In this document: positions 14,090-15,461 of the stretch, one piece after another
How positions within the stretch are numbered: the first letter of the stretch is position 1
Layout: each line of letters begins with the position of its first letter
Source of the DNA: Gemmatimonadota bacterium
GTDB taxonomy: Bacteria; Gemmatimonadota; Gemmatimonadetes; Gemmatimonadales; GWC2-71-9
Assembly: GCA_039586365.1 (NCBI GenBank)
Contig: JBDHKN010000105.1
Coordinates: 1-15,461, forward strand
Direction: 5' to 3'
Length of the DNA stretch: 15,461 bases
Notes under the pieces: generated by a model
Told to the model about the DNA's origin: nothing
Seen by the model: only the letters and a program-made list of their open reading frames with translations
Database searches by the model: none
Made by a program: the position numbers and the translations under genes

Positions 14090-15289
14090 GAGCGAGATAT
14101 CAGACGGCGGTTCTTAAGGGCAGCTGATAACTATGGGATCGTCGCTCTCGTTGGTGCCCGACAGACGGGAAAGACGACCTTCCTCAAGCATCACATGAGA
14201 CAGAACGATGCCAAGTACGTCCTATTCGATGATCTCGTGGCTAGGACACAGTTCAATGACGAGTTCAAGCAGTTCGAATTAGAGTACGTATCCGGCGTCG
14301 ATCTCACGGTCCTTGACGAGGCCCAGTATGGAGACGAAGCGGGCACCAAGCTGAAATACCTTGTTGATAGTGGGAACAGGCTCTGGGTAACCTCTTCCTC
14401 CGAGCTCTTGCTGGGAAGGGATGTGTTGTCCTACCTCGTCGGAAGGGTGAAGGTCCTCCGACTGCACACCTTCAACTTCCCCGAGTTCCTCAGGGCCAAG
14501 GGACACAAGGTATTACCAGCTGTGGCCAGGAGCGGCCTCGTTACGGAGCACATCATCTACGGAGGATACCCGAGAGTGGTCCTGTCGGAGGACACGGAAT
14601 TCAAGCAGGATTACCTGAAGGACCTCCTCGAGACGCTGTTGCTCAAGGATGTCGCGAGGACCTTCGGGCTGAGGAACATGGTGGGTCTCGAGAAGTTAGT
14701 AAGGTATCTGGCCCTGTCTCCCGGCGACCTTCTGAACAAGGAGAAAGCATCGTCGAACCTGGAGATGAACAGGCATACCCTGACCCAGTACCTCGATGCG
14801 ATGGAGAAGAGCTACATCATCCATCGGGTCGGCCCCTTCTTTACCAACAAGCGCAAGGAGATGGTCAAACAGGAGCGGGTCTACTTCCTCGATACGGGCC
14901 TCCGCAACGCCGTCGTCAACGATTTCAGAGCCCAGATCGACGGCCATGTCTTCGAGAACTATGTGCTGGTGGAACTGTTGAAGATGGGATACAGGCCCAA
15001 GTATTGGAGGACGAGGGCGAAGGCCGAGGTGGATTTCGTCATCGAGGAGGAGGACGTTGTCCCGATCGAGGTCAAGTCACATACGAACCCTAGGAGGGTC
15101 GAGAAAGGACTTCGATCGTTCATCGAGTCGTACAAACCCGAGCGGGCCTATGTGATCGGACTGAGGGGCACATCGGGCGAGTCAGAAGTCGGCAGATGCA
15201 GAGTGGTTTTCACCGACCTCCCAGGACTCTGGGAGCATATGATGGACATCGACTTCTCAGGAACATCAGAATCTTATTCACTGGACTAG
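14081..15289 (+). CDS. AAA+ ATPase, AAA_14 + DUF4143 family, with C-terminal PD-(D/E)xK-like motif
   Basis: GARQTGKT, LDEAQ, TSSS, YLVGR, YGGYP, YFLDTGLRN, FENYV..EL, YWRT...EVDFV...PIEVKS. Confidence 0.92.
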   Translation: MYIERDIRRRFLRAADNYGIVALVGARQTGKTTFLKHHMRQNDAKYVLFDDLVARTQFNDEFKQFELEYVSGVDLTVLDEAQYGDEAGTKLKYLVDSGNRLWVTSSSELLLGRDVLSYLVGRVKVLRLHTFNFPEFLRAKGHKVLPAVARSGLVTEHIIYGGYPRVVLSEDTEFKQDYLKDLLETLLLKDVARTFGLRNMVGLEKLVRYLALSPGDLLNKEKASSNLEMNRHTLTQYLDAMEKSYIIHRVGPFFTNKRKEMVKQERVYFLDTGLRNAVVNDFRAQIDGHVFENYVLVELLKMGYRPKYWRTRAKAEVDFVIEEEDVVPIEVKSHTNPRRVEKGLRSFIESYKPERAYVIGLRGTSGESEVGRCRVVFTDLPGLWEHMMDIDFSGTSESYSLD

Positions 15290-15461
15290 CGATACGCAAA
15301 ACGGTCCTTTATTGCGTCCATGGCTCAGAACCTCTGAAGAAATCCTGCGTATAGTAAGGATTGTTGGCAGGTTTTCAGAAAATGTTGCCGATGACTAGAA
15401 GATTCGGCAGGTTCCGGGATTGTCGGTAAGTCACTTAGGTCTATGAACTGTTTAGTAAATC

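Noticed and set aside
15360..15435. Repeated GGCAGGTT with weak inverted symmetry near the window end
   Set aside because: Only two short copies, and the downstream context is outside the window.

Overview
GC-rich archaeal DNA, Thermoplasmata-like by inference (TATA-box promoters, GGAGGTG Shine-Dalgarno sites, HTH_10 regulator, DUF123 nuclease, archaeal ATPases). Left half: the tail of an acidic (EEEP)n protein, an HTH regulator, a surface protein with two Ig-like repeats, a DNA-repair trio (sfsA, an OGG1-like glycosylase and a divergent GIY-YIG/DUF123 nuclease), a cupin/rubredoxin-like fusion, glutaredoxin plus ferredoxin:thioredoxin reductase, and an SDR. Right half: two SPFH/band-7 genes, a cupin, and an accessory block of two AAA+ ATPase/nuclease genes and a Fic gene, with palindromic operators. 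Most striking is the apparently empty 6.8-8.1 kb gap. It holds two diverged copies of a module: TATA promoter, then a ~160-nt structured RNA with compensatory base changes, a long leader, an SD, and a small single-pass membrane protein. The second copy heads the SPFH operon. I do not recognise this RNA as any known family, and it is the best candidate for an undescribed regulatory system. The gap also holds an uncalled 36-aa zinc-ribbon microprotein. All family calls come from motif recognition by eye; no searches or folding programs were run.
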